From contig OZ024743.1 of assembly GCA_964016885.1 (NCBI GenBank), positions 223,262,001-223,326,000 of the forward strand: a DNA stretch of 64,000 nucleotides. The letters are read 5' to 3'. Positions 24,855-37,254 of this stretch are shown piece by piece (position 1 is the first letter of the stretch; each line of letters starts with the position of its first letter). Below the pieces are notes generated by a model. It was not told the DNA's origin, made no database searches, and saw only the letters and a list, made by a program, of their open reading frames with translations. The DNA is from Eledone cirrhosa (taxonomy: Eukaryota). A program made the position numbers and the translations under genes.

Positions 24855-25820
24855 GTAAGTTGAATGAATGTTTTTACATATATTTGTTCTGACATCGAGT
24901 GGCGCATATAAGACGAAAGGGAGGTCGCCACTAGAAAATGTTAATATACTCCAGCATCTCTTCTTTCTCATCGTTGTCTCCTGTCATTCTCACAAGCTTT
25001 TTGTGTACATTTTCTTTTCTATTCTATATCTGAATTATTCACGATTGTAGGTGACAAAACGACTATACACAGATTTTTTAATGTAATTATCTGAACTCTT
25101 GCTTTGCCACTTGTTCTCCCCCACCTTCCTTCTAAGCTCATTACGAAATATCACCTTTTTTTTTAATTTTTAGAAATGGTAATTGTGTATAATATTGTCA
25201 TCCCTCTCTTTAGAAACTCATTTTAATATGTAATACTTCAGCCTAATTCATCTCATCTTATTCTATGTCTCTCTAACACACACACACACACATATATATA
25301 GTAGGGGTATGTATGTATGTTTCTATGTATAATAAGCGCCTGTGTTAACCATTTGGACTATATTTTAAGGCTATATTTGTCTGTGTGTGTCCCACCGAAC
25401 ACAGTAGTTTGACAATATTAAAATGTCATATACGTATGATATAAATTGAAATTCTAAAGTGTAATCTGGCAATATCTTTATTGTTTTAGCGTTATTGTAA
25501 TTTTTCCTGTTAAAATATAATTGTTAAGAATGGAATGTAGAAGTAATGATCACGTAATCTGAATTAATCAATGAAGCCAAGAAAAAAGTTGTACTCATAG
25601 GCTGACATTAAATCTGATTTCTAAAGGTCGTGTCATATGGATTAAAGAGTGTGTAGCATAATCAGACTGAATTCCATTTACGATCGACCATGTGTGTGAA
25701 TGTATATAATTGTGCATGTAGACAGTTTAGATGTCTAATAAACATTGGTTTATTATATATATATATATATAATATTAAAATACAAATATTAATAAAATAG
25801 ATGTTCTTTTGATCAATTAA

Positions 25821-25873
25821 ATTTTATTATACATATTTCAGAGGTACAACAGTACGTCCTCATCAGACAAAAT
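25821..25873 (-). ncRNA. Minimal type I hammerhead ribozyme motif
   Basis: Reverse-complement copy of 26027-26079; predicted cut between 25828 and 25827. Confidence 0.75.
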
Positions 25874-26026
25874 ATAATGATACATGACATACCCTGGGTA
25901 TATATTGTCTGAGTTCAAATCCCACCGAGGTTAACTTTGCCTTTCATCCTTACGGGGTCGATAAAATAAAGTATCAGTAATGTACTGGGTAATTGCTGGC
26001 CTTGTGCCAATAGTAGAAACAATTAT

Positions 26027-26079
26027 ATTTTGTCTGATGAGGACGTACTGTTGTACCTCTGAAATATGTATAATAAAAT
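26027..26079 (+). ncRNA. Minimal type I hammerhead ribozyme motif
   Basis: ATTTTGT-CTGATGA-GGACGTACTGTTGTACCTCT-GAA-ATATGTAT-A|ATAAAAT. Stem I 7 bp, stem II GGA/TCT plus GTAC/GTAC, quasi-palindromic stem III; predicted cut after 26072. Confidence 0.78.
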
Positions 26080-26219
26080 TTAATTGATCAAAAGAACATT
26101 TATTTTATTAATATTTGTATTTTAATATTAATAACTCTGGAAAATTATTTTTCTATAGAGTGCTTCCAATCTACTGTAAAACTCATTCTTTGATGTACTC
26201 ATTGAATCTTGTTTAACTC

Positions 26220-26280
<61 letters not shown>

Positions 26281-28419
26281 CGGGTGTTTTAAATAGTAAT
26301 GTACATAAAACGTTTAAACATTAACCGAACGAGCACTCAATACATGTGAGCAGAGTGTAAGATATATAATTTTCTGAGAAAAGTAGGTACTTCTGACTAT
26401 ATATATATATATATATATAGTTGACGGCTGAAAGAAAAGAGTACTCAATACCGAAGTAGAGTTTAAATATTCATTTTATTAAGGTTAAATAGTTTTTGTT
26501 AATTAGGAGTTTTGCCTGTTTATCACAGGGTCATCAGATGACCCCGTGATATATACATATGTATGTGTGTGTACATACAGAAAGAGAGAGGTGGAGTTTG
26601 GATGAGCAAACATGAGAAACAAAACTCAATACTTGGCTAGAACGATGTATAATGTAACAATTATACACGAAACTCATAGCCGTCTAGTCACGAGTATAGC
26701 TTCGCAATAAAATACATTTTATATATTCAAACTCTAAAATCTAAGTATTGTTGATTTAAATTTAGAATATACTGTACAGTACTATTCAATTTAACTGCAA
26801 CGCAGTCTTTTAATTTAATTTATGATACGTATTTAATTACCTACTTACAATTGTGTAATGACAGCTTTGTCTTTTTTTTTTATTTCGTTGCTTGAACAAT
26901 CAGTATGCATTTATGAAATATAATGAAGACATGCATTTATGTAATGGAAGATAATCTTCAGAAACGTATCAACGAACGTTTGTTATAAAATCTCACATAA
27001 TTCTCAGAGTTCTATCATAGCTTTGATAAAATTATGGATGCTCCCTCGATTTCGACAATGAGCATTCATTTGTTCGATCGTCCAACTCGTGAATTAAAAG
27101 TGTAACTGGTTGAGTATTCCACGGACACGTGTACTCGTAATATAATTCCCAAAAGTGACATGGGTGGGCATTTGAATTACATATGTAATCCATCCGATGG
27201 GATACCATTCAATTTCACCTGCATAATTGCAAAGGGATGTTCTTAACCATTCAGCTGTGTGCATCCTCATAAAACAAGTATCCGTAATTTACTAGGATCG
27301 ATTCAATCAACTTTAACCTTTTCCTACAAATTTGTGGTTTTGGTCAAATTTCAGAAATCATTATTTGGTAGACTGTAGTGGAAGACGGCATCTATAATTT
27401 TTTTACATTGTCAATGTCTCCGTGAATTGGGAGAGGAAGTTGTTCCCAAACTGTGGACCTTGCTCTAATGTTAATAAGAGTGAACTCTGTTAGATACACT
27501 CAATGAATGACTAGGGAATTAATGTTCAACCGAATGACAGGTTAAGTCTACACAAAAAAAAACAAACTCGGAACCAAAAGAACTGGAACAAATATACAGA
27601 TGTTCTTATAATTCCACAAATCCATTTGGTATTTTATTTTATTAATTCTGAAAAGATGAAAGTTGAACTCGAGGTGCATAGAGCTGGCATTTTGTCCTAC
27701 GCTATTTCGATTCTGTCAATTCGCCGCTTTTCAGTCATTTACGATCGATGAAATAAGTACTAGTAACATTCTGTTGATGATTAAATCTCCTTAAATGTTC
27801 GACCTTGTTCCAATGTATGTTAGAAATCACTATGATATTACTATTATTATTAACCACTATTATTATGTTTACTTTTTTTTTATTTAGTGGCAGTTATTCT
27901 GTTTTCTTTTCCCGTTCATCAATATTTGATGTTTAGGATTAAAATAATTGATGAAATTTCATAAAATGTATTAGAATTTCGATGATATTAATTTTCTGAC
28001 GATAGTAATATTTTCTTGCTTGCTTGCGCCCTCTGTCCATTTAAGGATATACATCTGACAGTCATATTTCTCTACAAGTTTGAAACATTTTGCCAGCGCA
28101 CCTCCCTCCCTATCCTCTGGGGCCTGGGGCAACGCATTCGCAATTTTGTCCCTGGGGTGACAAGGCAACATCCACCCATCTGGTGTTTTGCAAAAGACAG
28201 AGATATATAATTCTTATGCCAATATACTGAGAAGTCATCATCATCATTATTATGTAACGTCTGTTTTCCCTGCTAGCAACGGTGGACCCATTGAAGCATC
28301 CCATAAATTTTAACGTGTGTAAATTTTCGGTCATGTTTCACTTGTTGATTCTAACAATAGTGCAACTGATGTCAAAACAGGCGGGCTGCCGGTTGGGGGC
28401 CATTTAATTGTACATACAA

Positions 28420-28690
28420 TTGGTGAAAGAGGACAGTCTAGTAGTTTAGGTTTTGGGCTTACGATCACAATGTTGTGGGATCGATTTCTGGACTGTGTCG
28501 TGTTCTTGAGCAAAACTCTTCATTTCACGTTGCTCCAGTATACTCAATTCAAAATGAATACCACCAGTAGCTGGGGTTTAATTCTGCGATGGACTGGTGC
28601 CCTGTCCAGTGTTGCTTCACGTCACGGAAACCGGGATAAGCACCGGCCCGATGAACCTCCGGGTTCAAGACAGACTTTAGACTATCGGTG
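28420..28690 (+). mobile_element. Old tRNA/CORE-like SINE
   Basis: Decayed A/B boxes and GTGTTCTTGAGCAAAACTCTT core; boundaries approximate. Confidence 0.55.
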
Positions 28691-29574
28691 AAGTGGTGTT
28701 GGGCTTAATCATAATGCCAAGGGACCGAGTGGCACGTTGTGTTCTTGAACTCAATTCTTTATTCCACTCTGAAATTGAATAACAGCAGCAGCTTGGGGTT
28801 CTGTCCAAGTATGAATCTTTTCATGTGGACTGGGGGTCCATTATTAAAACACCTGAGAAACCTCCTATGACACAACCTTGTAGTAGGCCAGTTAAATCCA
28901 TACAGAACGGTATAAACATGTTATATAAGCAATGCTTATATCACCACCGCCCTGTAATGTAAACCGGCGATGCATTTTTACAGTTGGAGGGGAAAATATT
29001 CCCCCAAATTTAGAAAATACTGTTAAAACTGGAATGAAATATCTCCTATACACACAAGGACGTACGAAAGAAAGTTCCTGTTCAAAATAGGTTTCTCTAA
29101 CTATCCAGCCACCATCGAATTCTCCAAATTTATCGAACAAACAAGGGAATCTCTATGTGGTCGCTGGACCTGCTAGAAATAGCAGTCAAATCATGTTGCT
29201 GCCATCACCACCACCACCACCACCACTACTACTACTACTACTTAAAAAAGAATAAGGTGACTGGCAAGATGTTGATGGCTTGACTGTCTTGGTCATTGGT
29301 GTGTGCTCAATCAGGGCAGATTATAGGTGAAATATGTCCAAACGTATCCAATACATTCCTTTATTGGTTTCTGTCATTAGACTATGGCCATTGTCTTGAC
29401 CAGTTGATTTTTGTCGATTATATTAACTCCAGTATTCTTTTTTGCAAGTGTGGTACCGCTAAACTTCGTTCTATAAACGAACATAAACATGCACATACAT
29501 CATCATCGTCATCATATGTGGGTGTTTGTTTGTTTATAACCGAATCAACAGAATACGTTTATATATATATAATA

Positions 29575-29647
29575 CAGGGTGTCCCAAAACATATATACAC
29601 ATTTATTAGAATGCTGTTGAAGTATGTATACATTTTTGGGACACCTG
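29575..29647. mobile_element. Very short Tc1/mariner-type MITE
   Basis: TA|CAGGGTGTCCCAAAA ... TTTTGGGACACCTG. Confidence 0.6.
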
Positions 29648-29733
29648 TGTATATATGTATATATAAAATAAAATTTGTCAGCAATATACTTTACATCTCG
29701 ATAAAAAAAGATTGCTAAGAATCTAATTTAGAG

Positions 29734-29805
29734 AAATATCTTAAATAAAAACACAGACTGACCAACTTACCCGTTGGTCAGTCTATATTTTTATTTAAGA
29801 TATTT
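29734..29805. repeat. Palindrome with 33-bp arms
   Basis: AAATATCTTAAATAAAAACACAGACTGACCAAC-ttaccc-GTTGGTCAGTCTATATTTTTATTTAAGATATTT. Confidence 0.8.
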
Positions 29806-29818
29806 AGCTCTCTCTCTC

Positions 29819-30162
29819 TCAAAGTTCTTTCATCACACACCTGTGACATCATCAGTGGTACTATTATGTTTCCTCCTGTTGTATTGTAATATCTATTCCA
29901 TTTGTATTTTTATTAAAAATGGAATAGACATTACAATACAATGGGAGGGAACATAATTGTTTCTACTTTAGGCACAAGGCCAGCAATTACCCAGTGTATT
30001 ACTGGTACTTTATTTTATCGACCCTGTAAGGATGAAAGGCAAAGTCAACCTCGGCGGGATTTGAACTCAGATCGTAAAGGGACGTAACTATGCTGGAAAG
30101 CATGGGAGGGAACATAATAGTACCACTAATGATGTCACAGGTGTGTGATGAAAGGACTTTGA
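29819..30162. mobile_element. Foldback element with hammerhead-like cores in both arms, interrupted by a family 1 SINE (29958-30101, minus) with 17-bp TSD
   Basis: Arms of about 85 bp pair once the SINE is removed; ATGGGAGGGAACATAAT is duplicated at 29941-29957 and 30102-30118. Confidence 0.72.
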
Positions 30163-30739
30163 TAGACTATATATATATATATTTATACCTATATTTTTAA
30201 CCGATGGATAATCAATTGCCAGCTAAATGAACTTATAGGGATATACAGAAGCGAAAACCAATCCAACTCAGACAGTGAGTGTGTTTTATTATATATATAT
30301 ATGAAAAGATTCAAGATCTCGACGGCTGAGCTTCGGCCGTTTCGACAGCTAGATCCGAACTGGTGGATTATGGTCTAGCTGGTTTTGACCACACCCAATG
30401 TGATATATATATATATGTGTGTGTACGCACACGACGGACTTCTGTACAGTTTACGTCTACCAAATTTCTCTCACAAAACATTGGTTACCTCAAGGCTAAA
30501 ATTGACACAACACCAGCTTAAGGTGTCACGGCAGTGAGACTTGAAAGAATAAGAAAACGAAGACGGAATAAATCTTTGAATTACGATGATATTTAAAGCA
30601 AATAATCAATGCCATATTCTTCCTTCTCCATTCGACAAAAGACAATTCATGTATGTTGTGTGTATATCAATTTTGGATGTTTAATAGCAAAGTGGTAAAG
30701 CTAATGTGTTTAGACTACCATTTATTTTTCTCTTACTCA

Positions 30740-31122
30740 TACAGCCGGCGCCTGGGTATTTAGCGCTCTGGCTGCTCAGTTTTTGTGTTCCCGTCACTGT
30801 CAAGACCTCAGGTGTCTTCGATCCCCGCACTGTTGATTTCCTTCGTAAAATCAGAAAGACAGTAACTGGTCTGCTCGAGGAAGGAGCCCGTGAGATGGAG
30901 TGACTGTTGTAGCAGGTGTCGTTGGTCATTTTATACCTTTATTTTATCCGCGGGGCTCAGACTGGGGTTTGAGAGTTTGTCGCCTCCTCTTCCTTCGTTT
31001 CGTTTCTTAATTCCCGCTTTTTCTTATTTTCCTCTCTCATTTTCTGTTTCTTTATGACTACTGGGTAATTGATATTGCAACAAATTCAGTATTTTTGGAC
31101 ACTAAAAAGAAAAAGAAAAAGA
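30740..31122 (+). mobile_element. 3' remnant of an RLE-type non-LTR retrotransposon (CRE-like)
   Basis: FCVPVTVKTSGVFDPRTVDFLRKI...REME*LL*QVSLVI resembles the CRE C-terminal FxPxxVETxGxxGxxxxxFL...LxQRxSxxI motif; A-rich tail at 31103-31122. Confidence 0.6.
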
Positions 31123-31628
31123 ATCTACATTGTGCTCCATTCTCCCAAATAAAATAATTAAAACTTACAGATTGGTAAGCTGACAAATCTAGATTTTGAC
31201 ACTTTTTACTCTGGCCACACTAAAGAAATTACTAAGCCTGAATTTTCTACTACAGTGCACATTCAACCCATGCCAAATCGTATTACAGGTCATAACACCA
31301 TACGACCCTCTCCACCGCTTTGGATATTCCTACAACGCTGCTACACGGCTAGATGTTTAGTGAAATTATATATTCAAGTTAATTATACAAATTTGTATAC
31401 AACTGCGACCCTTTAAAATTGAGTGATGAGCCTCTCTGCAGTCATCACCTTAGGCTTCTTTTTAGTTGGTGTTAATGAGAACACCGGGCTCTCTCTTCCC
31501 CAGAGAAAATAAATCGTAAATATTTCTGGTAGTGAGCTGTTTTGGCATATAGCACACTGCACATCACAGATAAGCTATATATGTGTGTGTGTGTGTATCA
31601 TCATCGTATTTTATATATATATATATAT

Positions 31629-31820
31629 AATTGTTTCTACTTTAGGCACAAGGCCAGCAATTTCCAGTACATTACTGGTACTTTATTTAATCGACCCCGT
31701 AAGGATGAAAGGCAAAGTTAACCTCGGCGGGATTTGAACTCATATATATATAATAAGGAGTTGACGGACCCAGCATATTTATCAATGCCAGTTCAAATCC
31801 CGCAGAGGTTAACTTTGCCT
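31629..31820 (-). mobile_element. SINE family 1 fragment plus a short inverted piece, within (TA)n
   Basis: 31629-31742 matches the family on the minus strand; 31791-31822 repeats part of it on the plus strand. Confidence 0.7.
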
Positions 31821-31822
31821 TT

Positions 31823-31921
<99 letters not shown>

Positions 31922-32035
31922 ACATTCCATGTCATACACTGGCTAGCTGGCTGCGGAACCAGATACGGAATTCCGAAACAATTTACTTGCTTTCTAGCTA
32001 CGTTTTTATTAGTTCAACTCCTATTTTCGTGTCGG

Positions 32036-32072
<37 letters not shown>

Positions 32073-34074
32073 CCTTTTTCGCGCATCTTTTTCAGTAAAT
32101 GGATTTGTATGACACCCCTCTCTCTCAGTAATTCGTTCAAAGAATGTTTTATGGCATTATTCAAATTAATTTATTGCCGTATTGTAAAGACATAATAAAT
32201 ATCACGCACACATACACCATTAAAATCACTTTTAATTATCATAGTTTCGATATCAAGTTGGAAACCTTTTTATTATGTACGTCATGCGTTTCTAAATTTA
32301 TTTTTTCTCATTTCTGAAAAGGTTTTAACAAATCTTTTGGATCATTCTCGTGCCACGGTCGTTCTTATTTAACAACTGGAAATATTTTCTTAAAAAATAC
32401 ACTAGCTTGCGAATGTCGGTATATATGTATCTCTGTGTGTGTCTATATATTTGTGCTGTTGTATATATGTGTATAGTAGAAACATACATATATATATATA
32501 TATATGTATGTATGTACACACACACACACGTGTGTGTCTGTGTCTGCACATGAACACTGTAAACGATGTTTATATGCAGTTAGCTGTGGTTTGCTGACTA
32601 TTTATATATCTTGGCAGCTCGTCAGTTTTGACTTCCCATTAAGGAGTTTGCAACTTAGAAGCTATCGAAAGCCACTTGAAAAGCAGATACTCTGTAAATC
32701 ACAGCCTTCCACCTAAGTGAAGGCATGTGACCTGAGTGTTTAGGGTGTTGGATTGACGATCCATGAGCAAGATGCTTTATTTCAATTTGCTTTTCATGGA
32801 CTGTGGGACCCCTTACAGGGGGCCAGGTGAACCCACTAAGGTTTTTTTTTTCTAGTTCTATATAACTAGTTTTAACCCTTGCCAAATTTCTAATAAAAGA
32901 CTGCCTATGATAGTCTAATTTTGAAAATAAGGTTTTGAAGGGATTCAGTAATATATAACTAACTTTCACATTAGTTGTCTGGTGTTTGGAATAATAACCT
33001 CACAAAGGTTCTTGCATACAATTATAATGGAAGATTTTTTCTTTAGATAAATATATTTCAAATGGAAACAATATAGGATTTCAGAGATCCCTTCAGTCTG
33101 GACGAGCATGTGACCATCTCCCTTGTGCTGGTGCCACGATAAAATGCACCCAGTACACTCTGTAAAGTGGTGGTGGTGCCATGAAAGAATGTACCAAATA
33201 CACCCTGTATGCTGGTTTCTTCTTGGCACAGTACACCCAGGAGCAACGTGTCATTTTCTAAGCCACTGCTGACTGGCTAGAAATAGCAACTCTTCTTCAA
33301 ATCACACTCTACCATCTTAAAAAATGACATATTGCTCCTGAGTGCACTGACAAAGTTTTCACCAACACTGGAATTTCAACTCAGAACATACACAGCCAGA
33401 ACAGATAGCATAAACCATTGTCTGACTCTTTAACAATATAACAAATACTCTTCCCAAAAGGATAAAGGGCTGGAATAGAATTTGAGCCTCTGTTCAAATG
33501 ATTCTCCCAATTTACTACTTTATGTATGAAAGCAATCTTTTATATTCAATTGTGTTGAGTATTGTAGTGGTGAGCTATGAATGAGTGGAGATATGAGACA
33601 GTTATCTTTCCTTGTTGAATACAAATAACTTCTTGAAAGAAATATGCATATCACAGGAACTAAAAGAGTGAAGGTGGATACCTGATCATAGGTTGTGAGT
33701 TTGATTTTTAGACAATGCAGGGCCTGGTGTTTTGCTCAAGATGATTCATTTCACGCTGCTTTTCATAAGACTAGAGCCCTCATCATCAATACAACTAAGA
33801 AACCCTCCTATGAAGTTGAATCTCATAGGAGGCCAGCTAAACCTGCATTGGTATAAGCTGTAAATTTTCAACAAATTTATAAATATCATATGGTGCCTTG
33901 TGTGTCTTAGTAATCAATATATGAAATCCATCGTTAGCTGCCATTGAGAATGAAAAGATTAAAGAAACTAGAAACTTATTGTGTGACATGTTTTTGTTTG
34001 TGTGTAACATATACAGAGAGGTGAATATGTATATGTATATATGGAGAGACAAATGTATATGTATATATGGAGAG

Positions 34075-34105
<31 letters not shown>

Positions 34106-34157
34106 GGGAGGTGAATGTATATGTATATATGGGAAGGTGAATGTATATATATATATA

Positions 34158-34787
34158 TCCGAAATAAATAAAATTAAATTAAGGGAGTCATGTTCGAGAC
34201 ATGCGCCCTATCCACCGTAGAATAAGCTCAAAGATTCCAATGAATAGTTCCGAGCATTTTATATCAACTAGAAATTGATTGACATATATATATATTTAAA
34301 ATAAACACATGAAACAATCACAGGGGATAATTTGTAAAGTGTGTAATCACACATAGCTAGGTAGGTAACTAATTAAAGTTTAACTAGAGCTTCAAATATT
34401 ACCTTTTAAAAAATGGTTAATCCTCCTTGTATATATTTCATTAAAGAAATATATTTCACCAATAATCCGTAAAGTCACAGTAGTCAAACCTTGGATCTTC
34501 AGCAAGGGGGAAGAAATAACTATCTGTGTTTACACATCAAATGCAAATCTGCGAGTGACCCGTCGCACGTATTGCAATTCTAAAACTACTAACAACATGC
34601 CAGCATCCTCCCATTGGCGTGAATAGGGTGGTCGACAGATATAAATAGCAGCCGAGTCCTTTCAACCGTTTTAGCTCTACAATTAACGGTGGATATGGCG
34701 CATGTCTCAGACATGACTCCCTTAATTTAATTTATTTCGGATATATAAATGGCTCCTTAATTGTAGAGCTAAATCGGTTGAAAGGAG
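34158..34787. mobile_element. Rearranged hammerhead-bearing (PLE-like) module with ~60-bp terminal inverted repeats, in (TA)n
   Basis: 34158-34219 pairs with 34686-34741; 34757-34786 is an inverted copy of 34657-34686; internal hammerhead at 34422-34510. Confidence 0.62.
34422..34510 (-). ncRNA. Type I hammerhead ribozyme motif with full 9-bp stem III
   Basis: Minus strand: CCCCCTTG-CTGAAGA-TCCAA...TTGGT-GAA-ATATATTTC-tttaat-GAAATATAT-A|CAAGGAGG. Stem I 7 of 8 bp; predicted cut between 34430 and 34429. Confidence 0.8.
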
Positions 34788-35735
34788 AATAAATTCTGGC
34801 TATGGAAACAGCAGTTGGAAGCAAGAGGACTGAGAGTGAACCTAGCTAAGACAAAAGTGTTGATGAGTAGAAAAGAGGACAAAACTCTGATTCCGTCAGA
34901 GAAATGGCCATGTTTGATATGCAGAAAAGGAACTGGCATAAATTCTATAAAATGTACACAATGCAGATCCTGGTATACAAGAGATGTAGCGGGATAGCAG
35001 GCAAACTAATAGGTAGGGAGAAATATGTATGCAGTAGATGTACAGGGAAATTAGACAGTAGAAGTCGCATTGATAGACACATTTTTCAAATGCAGGAGGG
35101 TGCTATAGAAGTGGTGGATAGCTTCCGGTACCTAGGAGATCAGATTAGCATGGGAGGAGGGTGTTCCGAGACCATAGTATCTAGAATAAGGACGGGTTGG
35201 AAGAAGTTTAGGGAGCTGCTTCCTCTGCTGATGAAGAAGGGTTTCTCTCTGCGTACGAAAGGCCGGTTATATGATGCCTGTGTGAGGAGCGCGATGCTGC
35301 ATGGTAGTGAGACATGGGCAGCAACTGAAGAGGATATGCGATGGCTGGAGAGAAATGAAGCAAGCTTGCTCCGTTGGATGTGCAGTGTAAATGTGCGTGA
35401 ACGACCCAGCAGGAATGTGTTGAGAGAGAAACTGTGTCTGAGAGGGATAGAATGTAGTGTACGGGAGAGGAGACTGAGGTGGTATGGACATGTGATGCGC
35501 ATGGAGGATGACCGATGGGTGAAGAAGTGTCAGGAATTGCCAGTTGAAGGAAGACGTGGTAGAGGTAGACCACGAAAAACATGGGCGGAGGTGGTGAGAA
35601 CAGACCTCAGATCGTTGAAGCTCACGGTGGAGATGACGAAGGAGCGTGACAAGTGGAGAGATGCTGTGCTGAATAAGACCCGTCCCAACACTTGCAAGCA
35701 GGGAAGAGCGGGTGTAAAATGATGATGATGATGAT
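34788..35735 (+). mobile_element. RTE-clade LINE, 5'-truncated; subfamily C (very short 3' UTR)
   Basis: ORF pieces 34815-34997 and 34904-35722 (FRYLG, MLHGSETW, RRLRWYGHV, GRPRKTW); (GAT)n tail right at the stop codon. Confidence 0.9.
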
Positions 35736-35881
35736 ATATGTCAATCAATTTCTAGTTGATATATATATATACGGAGAGACGAATGTATATGTGTATACAG
35801 AGATAGACGAATGTATATGTATATATGGTGAGGTGAATGCAGGCTGGGCTGGTTGACCTCAAATTTGTGTAGATATGTATA

Positions 35882-37253
35882 TTCTTGGGTCTCAAATAAT
35901 CCCCCCCGCTTTTTAATTTTTCAGATTTTTTCCAACCTCCCACTTAAATTTTGCTAATCAATCTCCAGCGAAATGTTATCTTATATATAGCATTCCTGTG
36001 ATAATTACTTTTCTTTATGCTTTCAAAAACATTATACAACAAAAAAAACACATTACTAGAAATCTCATCTATATATATAAAATTGAGGTTGTCTGTCTGT
36101 CTGTCTGTCTACTAAAACCTTCGGCACACATCTCCTAAACCGTACGTTCAAATTTCGGTGAAATTGCTACACTCATAGATGAATTTTCAAATCGACCCAC
36201 GCCAAGTGCAAAAATCGAATTTGTAATGTATTGATTTTTCAGTTCAAATAGAGATGAGAGACGAGTTATTTCCCTTTTATGGCGTCATTTGATTATCTAT
36301 TTATGTTACGTACAAACGACGCGGTGGACCGAGAAGAACAATTTCATGCAAAGACAACATCAAGTTTATGGTGCAAATGGAGTCGTTAGACTAATATTCT
36401 ATTTAAAATAGCCCCGGAGTTTAAGAATGATGTAAATAAAATTATAAACGAAAATGACAGGTTATTAAAATAGTTGTTTCTACTTTTGGCACAAGGCCAA
36501 CAATAACCCAGTACATTACTGGTACTTTATTTTATCGACCCCGTAAGGATGAAAGGCAAAGTTAAACTCGATGGGATTTTAACTTTGCCTTAACATAGTA
36601 AAAGTAAATAGTGAAGATTTAGACCAGTACATACGTATGCACAGACGAACATACACATACATACACACAAACACGCACGGGCGCAATGTGTCTGTAAACC
36701 TTATGCATTTCTACAGTATTTTCACCAAACTTAAGACATATGTTACTTATGTACTCCGGAGGGTCATGGGCACTTTCATTTTTCCAGATATTGATTATAG
36801 GGCCTCCCGGCAGATAACCCCCCTTAACCACTTCCTTAGAGTCGACTGAAGCACTGCAGTGCAATGCAAAAAAACGTCATAACTTCTGGAGTTCGCAACC
36901 GATTTTCACAAAACTTGACACATGGGCTACGTTTGTTCTACAGATGAATGTGAACTCTCAGAATTGGCACATATTGGGTAGGGGACCCCTGGGGGCAGGA
37001 AGCCCCTTTGGAAAAAGCCGATTTTGTAAAAGTATAGTTTTCGAAGCAGCACTGAAGTATTGACATAAATGGTATACATAACTGCTATTTAATACCCAAG
37101 CAACGCCGGGTACCTCTGCTAGTACATTATAAATTAAATAGTTAGGGTCTTTATATAAACTAAACAATTAATTCTAGTTTTTTTTTTAAATTGACAGAGA
37201 CAACCTATAAAAATTACTGATTTTCCACACCTCCATTATTTGAGACCCGAGAG
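35882..37253. mobile_element. pogo/Tc1-like MITE hosting a Helitron
   Basis: TA|TTCTTGGGTCTCAAATAAT ... ATTATTTGAGACCCGAGAG|TA; homologous to 23176-23488. Confidence 0.7.
36068..37122 (+). mobile_element. Non-autonomous Helitron, complete (contains a family 1 SINE fragment at ~36474-36590)
   Basis: 5' TCTATATATATAAA plus (GTCT)n, 3' hairpin TACCCAAGCAACGCCGGGTA then CTAG; inserted between A and T with no TSD, supported by the empty paralogous site at ~23355. Confidence 0.88.
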
Positions 37254-37254
37254 T

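Larger units (their letters stand above)
25770..26225. mobile_element. Inverted pair of PLE-like terminal modules enclosing a family 1 SINE fragment (25908-26024)
   Basis: 25770-25878 is the near-perfect reverse complement of 26022-26130; (TA)n on both sides; each arm carries a hammerhead. Confidence 0.75.

Noticed and set aside
31940-32002. CTGCGGA...GAAAC motif between TA runs
   Set aside because: Core mismatch at an invariant A and poor stems II and III.
32560-32630. CTGACGA-GCTG...CAGC-AAAC on the minus strand
   Set aside because: Missing G of GAAA and no stem I partner.
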